Assembly: GCA_050951545.1 (NCBI GenBank)
Contig: JBMNJG010000015.1
Coordinates: 1 to 42,741, forward strand
Origin: Limnochordia bacterium
GTDB taxonomy: Bacteria; Bacillota; Limnochordia; DTU080
Direction: 5' to 3'
DNA length: 42,741 nucleotides
Shown piece by piece: positions 26,778 to 36,163 of this stretch. The notes under the pieces were generated by a model that worked only from the letters and a program-made list of their open reading frames with translations, was not told where the DNA came from and made no database searches. Both the position numbers and the translations under genes were made by a program. Within the stretch, counting starts at the first letter, position 1, and the number at the start of each line of letters is the position of its first letter.

Positions 26778-28073
26778 CTATTTCTCCGAAGCCAGCTTCT
26801 CCGCCAATCGAGTGTTCATGAGGCGCTCGGCTTCCTCAAGCGCACCGATGGTGCCCCGCTTGCCCTGTAGAACGCTTAGTATCAAATCGCCTGCTGGTGT
26901 GAATGTGTCGGACCAGTAGGTGTGCACTCCTCCGTAGGTAGTCATTGGCGGATACATGATGTTGGCCATCTTGACGGCCAGCGGGTGTTTCACTATGGCG
27001 CTCATCTTAGTCAGCACGGAGCGGCGCACGGGAAGGTAGGAGACCTGAGCGCCGATGTAGCTGGCATGGTTCTCTGGGCTGAGGAAGTCTACAAGCACGC
27101 GCCAGGCTTCATCTGGATGTTTGCTCGTGGACACAATGTACATGGTTCCCGCGTTATAACGGACCATATCCTGACCCGGGGTGGGGCCCACCGTCCGTCT
27201 GGGTTCCAAGCCACGTGTGCTCTCCGGGTCTACATCTAGCAAATCGTAGGTGGCGGAGCCCTTGACGGCTACCTTGCCGTTCATGCTATTCACCAGCTGG
27301 TGCGCGTTGGGGTTATTGTCTGGCATACCTGCCTGCCACAGGTCATTGAGATAAGTGAGAGCACGGATGCCCCGTTCGTTATCTAGGTCGGCCTTGGTAT
27401 CTCCCATACTGATCAGGCCTTTGCCTAGCTGTTCCATGGCCAGGTGCAGGGCATAGAAGGCCGGCGTTCTATGATGCATAGCGGCGTATCCGTAAGCCTT
27501 GATACTGCCATCGCTGTCGTAACTGGTGATCTTTCGTGTGGCCTTCAACAGCGAGTCCCAGTCATCGGGTATTTCCACGCCGTTCATGGCGAAGACCTCG
27601 GTGTTATAGAGGTCGAAAATGCCCCACATGGCAAAGGGCATCGCATGGATTTGGCCCTTGCCATCACTGACCGAGGTGAACAGATCGGGTATGAAATCTT
27701 TCCTTTCGGGGTAGGCATCCAGATAGCGATTGAGTGGCAAGGTCAGACCCTGGCCAATGCGGTTGGGGATGAGGTTGGCCGAGTAGTAGCAGAGGTCTGG
27801 ACCCGTTCCTGCAGCCGAGGCCACCACGACAGTGGTCACCATATAATCGTAGGGCATTACCTGGAAATTGAGGGCGATATCGGGATTATTGGCGTTGAAC
27901 TTGGCGTTGTAGGCCTTCGCCCATTCGGCGACCGCTGGCGTTTGGGCGTAAAACCAGGCGGTGACCGGTACCGGGGCAGCGGCCATGGCTACCGCCGTGT
28001 GCAGCAGCGGTAGGGCGAGCAACACCAGTGCCAAGACGGGCGTACACTGAGTCATTTTCCTCGACACTCTCAT
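26778..28073 (-). CDS. Sugar ABC transporter solute-binding protein (family 1), intact
   Basis: Signal peptide; FNANNPDI, GTGPDL, LYNTEVF, PDDWDSL, SKHPDEAW, ALEEAE motifs. Confidence 0.9.
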   Translation of the reverse strand: MRVSRKMTQCTPVLALVLLALPLLHTAVAMAAAPVPVTAWFYAQTPAVAEWAKAYNAKFNANNPDIALNFQVMPYDYMVTTVVVASAAGTGPDLCYYSANLIPNRIGQGLTLPLNRYLDAYPERKDFIPDLFTSVSDGKGQIHAMPFAMWGIFDLYNTEVFAMNGVEIPDDWDSLLKATRKITSYDSDGSIKAYGYAAMHHRTPAFYALHLAMEQLGKGLISMGDTKADLDNERGIRALTYLNDLWQAGMPDNNPNAHQLVNSMNGKVAVKGSATYDLLDVDPESTRGLEPRRTVGPTPGQDMVRYNAGTMYIVSTSKHPDEAWRVLVDFLSPENHASYIGAQVSYLPVRRSVLTKMSAIVKHPLAVKMANIMYPPMTTYGGVHTYWSDTFTPAGDLILSVLQGKRGTIGALEEAERLMNTRLAEKLASEK

Positions 28074-28079
28074 TACCCC

Positions 28080-28572
28080 CTAGCTCTCTAGGCCCAGTTT
28101 CTCGGCCAAAAGAGTGTTCATCAGGCGCTCGGCTTCCTCAAGCGCACCGATGGTGCCACGCTTTCCCTGCAGTACACTGAGAACCAAATCGCCTGCTTTC
28201 GGGTATGTGTCGGACCAGTAGGTATGGACGGCTCCGTAGGTGGTCATCGGAGAGTACATGATGCCAGCCATCTTGGCGGCGAGCGGGTGAGCACTGACTG
28301 GCGCATATCCTGGCCCGCAGAGGGCCCGACCACGCGTTTGGGCTCTAGGTCGCCCGTGCTTCCTGGGTCTACATCGAGGATGTTATAGGTGGCGTATCCG
28401 TAGGTCTTGACAGTACCATCGCCGTCGTAACGGGTCATTTTCCGTGTGGTCCCTAACAGCGAATCCCAGCCGTCCGGCATCTGCACGCCGTTCGTGGCCA
28501 AGACCTCGTTGTTGTAGAGATCGAAGATACCCCACATGGCGAAGGGCATGGCGTGAATCTGGCCCTTGCTGT
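28080..28572 (-). pseudogene. Collapsed SBP paralog with several internal deletions
   Basis: Colinear blocks KGQIHAMPFAMWG...YGYA|TYNILDVDP...QDM|RQSVLT|..KMAGIMYSPMTTYG...ALEEAERLMN. Confidence 0.85.
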
Positions 28573-28816
28573 GATGCTATGCCCGCGTGTATATGAAGAT
28601 TCGCTTGCTCTCATGTGTTTCCTGTCGCAACACTCGGTGTTTTTGAAGGGTGCGTGCTTTTCTGATAAGAGGGACAGCGTGCCTTTTACTGGTGCGCGGT
28701 TGATAAGGAGTGCCGTGGTAGGATTTGTAGGGAGTCGCTGCACAGGAGGCAGCGGGTCGATGAGTCGCTCAGCCATGCGTTACGCAGGGTCTCACACCAT
28801 CATCGCGGCAGCGGAT

Positions 28817-29338
28817 CTAGAGGCCAGTAAGGACGATAGCCACCATCCGCCACGCTAGACCTTTTCGCCGGAAGACCATAGAGATCGTCTGCGGGGCGTC
28901 TGCCCCATCCGACATGGTCACGCGAAAATGATTCAGGCCCTGGTAGCGCATGGTAATCAGCGCCTTGTTCATTATCGTCACTGGGGGCGCATCGTCGAGT
29001 TCTGGTGCACGGCCATTCAGCATAGCCGATAGCCCTGCTGGGGAGACCAAGGCATCTACGACGGGGCTGACGAACGCCCCGACCAGCGCCGCCTCGAATT
29101 CCGAGAGGGTGTGATCGGTAGCTCCCATCTCCTGTAGAACCATGGCGGTCAGCACGCTCTCCACGCTCGTCTGAACCGCGGGAAAGTCGACATAGCGGGC
29201 TAGAGCTTCAGCATCCCCTCTCTCGGCGAGCCGCTTGGTATTGCGGACGGCGATGTAGGGCGAGGCAAAGAATGCCCCTCCAGCGGTGATGACGGCAAGA
29301 CTGATGGCGATGAGGATGAGCCTATTGCGGTGAGTCAT
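28817..29338 (-). CDS. DUF2939-like membrane-anchored protein
   Basis: N-terminal TM helix, ASPYIA...GDAEALARYVDFPAV, VDALVSPAGL, RRKGLAWRM. Start at ATG after a G-rich RBS. Confidence 0.8.
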   Translation of the reverse strand: MTHRNRLILIAISLAVITAGGAFFASPYIAVRNTKRLAERGDAEALARYVDFPAVQTSVESVLTAMVLQEMGATDHTLSEFEAALVGAFVSPVVDALVSPAGLSAMLNGRAPELDDAPPVTIMNKALITMRYQGLNHFRVTMSDGADAPQTISMVFRRKGLAWRMVAIVLTGL

Positions 29339-29555
29339 GGGGCCCCCCCTTCCTTGCCGTATAGTTCGCCGGGACTCTCTTCTCTCCTTGATCGAACGCG
29401 GAAGTCGTGCCAAAAGCACAGGTGCGCGTGAGGCGGCCGCAGAAGCTACCCACGCACTGTGAACTCCATATCATCGCTCACGATCGCTGATGAAAACCGA
29501 AGGGTGCCGGCGTGCCCGCACAGCATAATACGGTTTACCGGGGAGGTCTTCTATC

Positions 29556-30035
29556 GTGATGGAAAGGGAGCCGTTTCGCTGCCCGGCCCTCAGCCTGGCT
29601 TGTCTGTTCTCCTTATGTAGCTGTACACCAGTCCATGCTTTCACTGGTGGCAGCCATGTCCTCGTGGGCGCGGCCTTGGGTCCCACAACGGGCAGCATTG
29701 TGATGAGCTTCGTCGTTGGGGTCGCTAGCCATACACTCTTGGATGCCATGCCTCACTGGGAGTATGGTCCCCTTGCGCAGGCGGTTCTTCTTTTTGGGGC
29801 CGGAGCTGTAGTGGGGTATGAGTTTGGCCGTACTGGTGACTTGCGGCTCATTGCCGGAGCTGTGGGGGGTGTGCTCCCTGATTTGCCCCATCTCTTGCGC
29901 GGGCTAGGTTGGAAAGTGAAATCTCGCTTCCCCAGCCACACCGGAGCTTTGCCGCATGGTCGGGCGAAAAACCTCTGGCAAGGCATATGGTTTGAGGTTG
30001 GACTAGTGGCGGCGCTGGTAAGCCTGGCATCCTAG
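29556..30035 (+). CDS. Small membrane protein, metal-dependent hydrolase-like
   Basis: HVLVGAAL, SHTLLDAMPH, GGVLPD, FPSH...HG conserved His/Asp pattern in hydrophobic helices. Confidence 0.65.
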   Translation: MMEREPFRCPALSLACLFSLCSCTPVHAFTGGSHVLVGAALGPTTGSIVMSFVVGVASHTLLDAMPHWEYGPLAQAVLLFGAGAVVGYEFGRTGDLRLIAGAVGGVLPDLPHLLRGLGWKVKSRFPSHTGALPHGRAKNLWQGIWFEVGLVAALVSLAS

Positions 30036-30215
30036 GCGTGCTCACTCGTAGACCTGAGAGTTCAGCGGGCGCGAAAACGAGGGCCAAGGCGGTCGTCTCG
30101 ACACGACTTGACGGTGCTTGGTGCTTCTGAGAGTCAGACTAGGTGGTACCGTGCGGGACACAGAATGTAGCTGTGCAAGCGGTTTGCTGACATTCCACAC
30201 AGGAGGTGGGCTTTC

Positions 30216-31787
30216 ATGGAAGAACAAAGTCTGCTCGCTCACTGGCGATTAGGTGATTCACCACAGGACTGTTCGGTTAGTGGCGCACATGGGACGGCAA
30301 GTAGCGTGACATATCGGACTTTCGATGACGGAACAGGAGGCAGTGCCCACTTTGACGGTCGGACCTCTGTTGTGCGCGTGGATCGCAGGCTGATGCGGGG
30401 GACAGACGAGTTTACCCTCTCACTGTGGGCGAAGACAGAGTCGATTCTGGATGATGTCCTTGGCGATCTGTTGAGTTGGTATGATCCCGACACACGCCGG
30501 GGCTTCAACCTCGGAATTCAGACGGCGCACGGCGTGACCTCGCACCAGCCCAACTATCGTCAGCTGTATTTCGGAGTGGATGCGGGATGCAAACCAGTCT
30601 GGCGCGATTGTGGTAGGCCAGGCCACGCGGTGCGTGTCATGGCTCTGGCGACCTTTGAGGGGAGCCTGTACGCGGGAACCTTTGAGATAGGTGCTGACGA
30701 AAGCGGCCATGTCTATCGCTACGCGGGTGGGCAGTCATGGGAAGACTGCGGGAATCCAGATCCCTGTAATGCTGTGGCTTCGCTGGCCGTGTTTGAGGGA
30801 GAGCTCTATGCAGGCGTCACGCGCTACAGAGCGCAAGGTTCGGCGTTGCCTGAGTCAGGCAACCAGCACCCGGGTGGTGCGGTGTACCGCTATGACGGGG
30901 GTCGTAAGTGGGTGGACTGTGGTAGGCTTCCTGATGCTGACTCGGTTATTTGCATGACAGTCTTTCGGGGCCAGCTCTATGCAATTCCGTGGTACAGTCA
31001 AGGTGTCTTCTGCTACGAGGGCGGTACCTCATGGCGCTACTGCGGCACACCGGGGCGTCGCCTAATGTCGCTCACTGTCTTTAATGGCGAACTCTATGCT
31101 GCGGGAAACGAGGGAGGCGGAGTCTTTCGCTATGGTGGCGACACCACCTGGGAACCATGTGGTTTCCAAAAGGGCATGACGCAGATCTACTCCTTTGCCG
31201 CGTACCGGGGTAGGCTGCACATTGGTGCCTGGCCAGAGGCCCGGGTGTTTGAGTTTGGCGGTGGCGGTCACTGGATCGACCGCGGCCTGTTGGGCGACGA
31301 AAAAGAAGTGATGGGCATGATGGTCTACAACGGCAAGCTCTATGCCGGAACACTTCCTCTGGCGGAGGTTTACCGCTATGATGGCCACAAACAGTGGACG
31401 CGATTGCAGCAGCTCGACTTAACTCCAGATGTGCGCTACAGGCGCGTCTGGTCGATGGCCATCTATGGCGGCAGGCTCTATTGCGGGACACTTCCCTCGG
31501 GGCGAGTCTTTTCGATGGAAGCGGGGAAGTGCGTGAGCGACGATCGCGAACTCCCTCCAGGTTGGCGTCACATTGTTGCTCGTCGGGCCTCCACATCATT
31601 GGGCCTCTTTGTGGATGGCAGGTTAGTGGCCAGTGTTGAGGACCCAGAGCTGCGGTCAATGGATATCGGTAACGACAGTCCGTTGCTGATCGGCCTTGGG
31701 CCCGTGGATCATTTCAATGGCGAAATGCGTGATGTGCGCATCTATGGCCGTGCTCTTTCTGATACCGAGATCAAAGCCTTGGCTTGA
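30216..31787 (+). CDS. LamG/concanavalin-like domain with inserted beta-propeller
   Basis: AHFDG..FTLSLW (N-terminal half) and WRHIV..LFVDG..FNGEMRDVRIYGRALS (C-terminal half) flank ~7 repeats of F-x-G-x-LYA-G...W-x-x-CG. AGGAGG RBS. Confidence 0.8.
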   Translation: MEEQSLLAHWRLGDSPQDCSVSGAHGTASSVTYRTFDDGTGGSAHFDGRTSVVRVDRRLMRGTDEFTLSLWAKTESILDDVLGDLLSWYDPDTRRGFNLGIQTAHGVTSHQPNYRQLYFGVDAGCKPVWRDCGRPGHAVRVMALATFEGSLYAGTFEIGADESGHVYRYAGGQSWEDCGNPDPCNAVASLAVFEGELYAGVTRYRAQGSALPESGNQHPGGAVYRYDGGRKWVDCGRLPDADSVICMTVFRGQLYAIPWYSQGVFCYEGGTSWRYCGTPGRRLMSLTVFNGELYAAGNEGGGVFRYGGDTTWEPCGFQKGMTQIYSFAAYRGRLHIGAWPEARVFEFGGGGHWIDRGLLGDEKEVMGMMVYNGKLYAGTLPLAEVYRYDGHKQWTRLQQLDLTPDVRYRRVWSMAIYGGRLYCGTLPSGRVFSMEAGKCVSDDRELPPGWRHIVARRASTSLGLFVDGRLVASVEDPELRSMDIGNDSPLLIGLGPVDHFNGEMRDVRIYGRALSDTEIKALA

Positions 31788-32062
31788 TCGGTGTTGAGCC
31801 ACCGTCTGTCGTTGAATCAGCGGCCACAGGTGAACGCGATCTGGAGAGTTTCCTGCTGAAGCTCGATCCAGAGCAGAAGGCTTTCGTTGGTCGATTTGAT
31901 GGTGCGCAGCCCCAGGGACCGTGGCTACTCAAGGGCGGTCCAGGCTCTGGGAAATCGACGGTAGGCATCTACTGTGGCGAGGATGGCCTGCATCGTCTGT
32001 CATCAGGGGTTGGGATCTTCCGGAGCGGCAGCCGCGCAAGGATGCATGGCCTACAGCCCTAA
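31784..32062 (+). pseudogene. Fragment of a UvrD/SF1 helicase (Q motif and Walker A only)
   Basis: FLLKLDPEQ...GPWLLKGGPGSGKSTV, then similarity is lost at ~31975. Confidence 0.7.
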
Positions 32063-32187
32063 TGCGAGAAAGATCACTGGTAGTCCGTTCACGGGGCTAC
32101 TTCGACATTGTTCTGGGCAACGGAAGAAGGATAACGGCGCCATGGGGGCAATTCACCCTACTGCAAGGTTTTGAAGGAGGGACGGCA

Positions 32188-33006
32188 ATGCGGTATCAGG
32201 AGCTTCTCCCATGGGTCTTGCTCTGTTTGCTCTGCGTGGCGTCTTGCCAGGCATCTGCCAATGTAGTTCAGGTGGCGGTTTTAGATCCGCTGGGCAACAG
32301 TGTCAGCACCTTGGATGGGTTGTGGGTTCGGCTAGATGAAACACAGGTGGATGTTGGACCCGAAGGGAGATTCGTTTTCACCGACGTGTCGCAAGGAAAC
32401 CATATCTTGACCGTCTCAAGAGGCCACGACATTGTGCACTCCCGCAGTCTGTACATAGACAGAGAGGAAATCATCCTGACAGCCTCGCTCCCCTGGAGTG
32501 CGCTGCCCGACCCGGACTGGTTTGACACCGCGATACCTCTACCTAACTGGGGTTTCGAAGAGCCGATGGCAGACGCTCAGCTTCCAGGATGGTATCCCAT
32601 CCAGAGCTCTCCTATGGGGAGCCCGCAGCTTCGTGTATCAGATGCCTATGCCTATGATGGTAAGCACAGCCTGCAGGTTGCTGGCCGCCATAGCGACAAG
32701 AGCATCTGGGTGCGCAGCGAGAAGATGCCCGCCAGTCCTGGGGTCTATGCAGCCTCGGCGCATGTGTACTGCGCAGAGAAGAGCGGACCAAACCCCCAGC
32801 TGTACCTGGAGTTTTGGAATAGCGCCAACACCAGGATCGATCTTCAGAGCGTCCCGATATCGGGACGGCTGGGGGAGTGGGAGAGGGTTTTCCTGAAGGC
32901 GACCGCGCCAGCACAGACTGCCTTCGTTACGGTCTGGTTCTATTTCAATACAACCTATACCGGTGTCACATACTGGGACAACGTAAAGCTAGCCCGTCTT
33001 GACTAG
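32188..33006 (+). CDS. Secreted protein: carboxypeptidase-regulatory-like beta domain plus CBM4/9-like domain
   Basis: AAGGAGG RBS before ATG 32188; signal peptide; GRFVFTDVSQGNHILTV; NWGFEE...AYDGKHSL...YWDNVKL. Confidence 0.7.
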   Translation: MRYQELLPWVLLCLLCVASCQASANVVQVAVLDPLGNSVSTLDGLWVRLDETQVDVGPEGRFVFTDVSQGNHILTVSRGHDIVHSRSLYIDREEIILTASLPWSALPDPDWFDTAIPLPNWGFEEPMADAQLPGWYPIQSSPMGSPQLRVSDAYAYDGKHSLQVAGRHSDKSIWVRSEKMPASPGVYAASAHVYCAEKSGPNPQLYLEFWNSANTRIDLQSVPISGRLGEWERVFLKATAPAQTAFVTVWFYFNTTYTGVTYWDNVKLARLD

Positions 33007-33066
33007 CCCGGATCACGATTTCGGGTCCAGTACCCATGCTACTCCAAGGAAATGAGGTTGTAGAAC

Positions 33067-34086
33067 ATGCAGAGCCATGGAACGGCGTTTGCCGACCGGG
33101 TGTTACCAGCTCCGTTGGGAGGCGGTTTCGCCATGGCCGACTACTGGGTATGGTGCGGTTCGGTCATTAGGGGTGAGGACAGTCAGTACCACATGTTCGC
33201 CTCCCGCTGGCCAAAGCATTACCCGTTCTTCGCTGGTTACATCGCCTACTCCGAGGTGGTCCGGGCAGTCGCAGCCACTCCCACTGGTCCGTATACATTC
33301 CAGGAGGTGGTGCTTCCCGCTCGTGGAGAGTGCCACTGGGATGGCCGAATGACACACAACCCGACTATCCACCGCTGTGGCGACACGTACATGCTGTTCT
33401 ACATCGGATCCACATATGAAGGTGACGCACCTAGTGCCCAGGAGTTAGCGAATCACCAGCTGCCTCTTCTCAAAGAGTGTTACTCCCGCATACGGATCGG
33501 TCTTGCCACCGCCCCGTCTGTGCTAGGGCCGTGGCAGAGGCTGGAGCACCCTATCTTAGAGCCACGCCCGGGGAAATGGGATAGCTCGATTGTGACAAAC
33601 CCAGCACCCTGCGTGCTAGCCGATGGTAGCATTCTGCTGTACTATCGGTCCAATACCTCAGGTGGCCTCCGCATTGGTGCAGCCAGAGCTCCCGTGTGGA
33701 ACGGACCCTATGAGCGAATGGTTGACGAACCTGTGCTCCAGCTTCTCGAAGATAACTTCGTCGAAGACCCCTACGTCTGGCAAGTTGGCGAGCACTTCGA
33801 GTTGATTGCCAAGGACATGACAGGTGGCTTGACCGGGGAGAAACACGCAGGAGTTCATGCGACCTCATCTGACGGGCTACAGTGGGCAATATCGAACCCA
33901 CCCAAGGCGTACTCGCGCCGCATCACCTGGGAGGATGGTACTACTTCGGTACAGGGGGCGCTGGAGAGGCCTCAGCTGCTGATGGAAGGCGGTCAGCCGA
34001 CGCATCTGTGCGCTGCGACAGGGGATGGACCCGGGGGGTTTCGCAACTGCACCAAGACCTGGAGCATTGTGCTACCTTTGCGATAG
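33067..34086 (+). CDS. Five-bladed beta-propeller glycoside hydrolase (GH43/GH117-like fold)
   Basis: WVWCGS, YHMFASRWP, HNPTI, TNPAP, EDPYVW, LERPQL. Confidence 0.8.
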   Translation: MQSHGTAFADRVLPAPLGGGFAMADYWVWCGSVIRGEDSQYHMFASRWPKHYPFFAGYIAYSEVVRAVAATPTGPYTFQEVVLPARGECHWDGRMTHNPTIHRCGDTYMLFYIGSTYEGDAPSAQELANHQLPLLKECYSRIRIGLATAPSVLGPWQRLEHPILEPRPGKWDSSIVTNPAPCVLADGSILLYYRSNTSGGLRIGAARAPVWNGPYERMVDEPVLQLLEDNFVEDPYVWQVGEHFELIAKDMTGGLTGEKHAGVHATSSDGLQWAISNPPKAYSRRITWEDGTTSVQGALERPQLLMEGGQPTHLCAATGDGPGGFRNCTKTWSIVLPLR

Positions 34087-34117
34087 GCGGTAACGGGATT
34101 GTGAGGTGCGATGAGCG

Positions 34118-34990
34118 ATGACGGTGCGACTGAGACGCTTTACTGATCCTGGCCTTTTCTTGGAGCATTGTTCGGCATGTCTAGCCACACATGAGGCGGA
34201 GAACAACCTGCCGCTGGGGATCTTGGCGAATCTGTTGGCGGGCCAGTACAAGGAGTTCCCCCCGTACATGGCCGCTGTGGAGTGCGATCGCAGTATCGTT
34301 CAGGTGCTGTTGCGCACCCCGCCACATCCTCTGCTAATTTCTTACAGGGACACGCCGCCGTCGGATGAGGTGGTGCGCCTGGTAGTGGAAGACCTGCGGC
34401 GTGAGTACGGCGATGAGCTCGCCGGGATGACGGGGGATAAGGACGTGGTGAGCTCCTACGTCAAAGCCTGGGAGCACACCTCTGCCAGACAAGCGCGCCT
34501 CAGGACCGCCATGCGTGTCTACAGGGCTAGTCAGATCAGGCCGATCATGGGTGTGCTCGGGATCATGCGACCGATTACCGAGGCTGATGGCGAGCTCGTG
34601 GTCGAATGGCTGCTGGCTTTCAACAGGGAGACGCATAATGAAGAGCCCGCACGCGATAGGGTGTACGCCACTTTCGAGCGCTATCTCAGTGCGGACAGAG
34701 CCCAGCGAGGCCTGGTACTGTGGGAAGTGGGAGGAGCACCTGTTTCTATGGCGGGTTACTCAGGTCCCACACCGCATGGCATCCGGGTTGGCCCGGTGTA
34801 CACTCCGCCCTCCTACCGCAGGCGTGGCTATGCCAGTGCCTGTGTAGGGGCGCTGAGTCAGCACCTCCTAGCGGGCGGACGTGCATTCTGCTTTCTATTC
34901 GCTGATCTGAGGAACCCCACGTCCAACCACATCTACCAAGAGCTTGGCTACACGCCTGTCAGCGACGTAGATAGCTATCTCTTCTTGTAG
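34118..34990 (+). CDS. GNAT family acetyltransferase (FR47-like C-terminal domain)
   Basis: RVGPVYTPPSYRRRGYA, LFADLRNPTSNHIYQELGY. Confidence 0.9.
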   Translation: MTVRLRRFTDPGLFLEHCSACLATHEAENNLPLGILANLLAGQYKEFPPYMAAVECDRSIVQVLLRTPPHPLLISYRDTPPSDEVVRLVVEDLRREYGDELAGMTGDKDVVSSYVKAWEHTSARQARLRTAMRVYRASQIRPIMGVLGIMRPITEADGELVVEWLLAFNRETHNEEPARDRVYATFERYLSADRAQRGLVLWEVGGAPVSMAGYSGPTPHGIRVGPVYTPPSYRRRGYASACVGALSQHLLAGGRAFCFLFADLRNPTSNHIYQELGYTPVSDVDSYLFL

Positions 34991-35005
34991 AACGGAGGAT
35001 AACCA

Positions 35006-36163
35006 GTGCATCCAACACAGATGGTGTGTATCGTCATTGTCGTTGTGGCCGCCCTCATGGTCCACGCAAGCTCCGAGGTGCTTGCTGCCGATGACTCAGA
35101 TGCGTCCTTTCGGGGTGAGCCCTTCCCACTGATTGTCTATGGCGTCGGTCTCTCTGAAGGCACCTTTGCGCAGGTAAAGGCGTGGGGAGCGACGCATGTG
35201 CATCGCTACGGCATGGGGATGGACATCCATGCGGATCAGGCCTACTTTGACCTGGCCGAGAAGTTCGGTCTGAAAGTGATGAGCGATCTCGGTGGCACCA
35301 GGCGTACCAAAGAAGACGGTGGCTTGGAGGCTATGCGGGCCTATGTGGAACATTTTCGGGATCACCCGGCCCTCGGCTTCTGGTACCTCTATGACGAACC
35401 GAGCGGCAAGATCACTCAGGACAAGCTTCAGCTCTACTATGACATGATTGCGTCGATTACGCCGGATGTCCCCGTCGGGGTGGCGCACGCTTGGACAACC
35501 GGATGGGGGAGCTACCGCTCGACGCAGGATGTCCTGCTAAATGACTTGTATCCGGTAACGGGGCTGCCTTTTCCTGAGGCGAAGCTAGATCAGTTGACCC
35601 GCTTCACCGAAGCCGCGGTGCGCGTGGGCCCTGTGGCCGTGCCTATATTGCAGATCTTCAACTGGAGAGTGATGGCCGCGGCGGGAGAGAGGGAGGTGCG
35701 TGGTTTTCCTCTCCGTCAACTGCGTTATCCGAATGATGCCGAGATGCGCTACATGGCCTTTGCTTCGATAGGCATGGGAGTGCGCGGCTTGGCGTTTTAC
35801 TCCCACGCCCGCATGGCCATGGACGATCGGAGTTGGGGTGATCGTGTGCTGACCCCACTGCTGCAGGAGGTGCGCGCCTTCACTGCGGAGATCAACGCTG
35901 CGGCGATGGAGCGGCTAGGGCAGGCGGCGCATGATCTCTCTCTTACAGTGTGGCAGACGGGGGAGAAGACGTTGGCTCTTCTCGCCTCGGGGAAGGGCAA
36001 GGCCCAGTCAGTCTGCTTCGACACGGGCGGTCTTCTCGCTAACGGCAACCTTGAGCCCTGGGGAAGGACACGGGTGGCGGAGGTCACGCTCGCAGAAGGC
36101 GTGATATCGATGGACTCCATGGAGCCTTGGGAGGTCATGATCTGGGAAGTGGCGGGGCAGTAG
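35006..36163 (+). CDS. Secreted TIM-barrel glycoside-hydrolase-like protein
   Basis: Signal peptide; DHPALGFWYLYDEP, DLYP, ILQIF, GVRGLAFYS. Confidence 0.65.
   Translation: MHPTQMVCIVIVVVAALMVHASSEVLAADDSDASFRGEPFPLIVYGVGLSEGTFAQVKAWGATHVHRYGMGMDIHADQAYFDLAEKFGLKVMSDLGGTRRTKEDGGLEAMRAYVEHFRDHPALGFWYLYDEPSGKITQDKLQLYYDMIASITPDVPVGVAHAWTTGWGSYRSTQDVLLNDLYPVTGLPFPEAKLDQLTRFTEAAVRVGPVAVPILQIFNWRVMAAAGEREVRGFPLRQLRYPNDAEMRYMAFASIGMGVRGLAFYSHARMAMDDRSWGDRVLTPLLQEVRAFTAEINAAAMERLGQAAHDLSLTVWQTGEKTLALLASGKGKAQSVCFDTGGLLANGNLEPWGRTRVAEVTLAEGVISMDSMEPWEVMIWEVAGQ

Noticed and set aside
30174-30188. TGCAAGCGGTTTGCT as LacI/cre operator
   Set aside because: Poor dyad symmetry and no second copy seen.
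31921-32187. N-terminal extension of the 361-aa ORF (likewise 38279-38437 and 29339-29419)
   Set aside because: Downstream starts have a clear RBS followed by a signal or TM segment.
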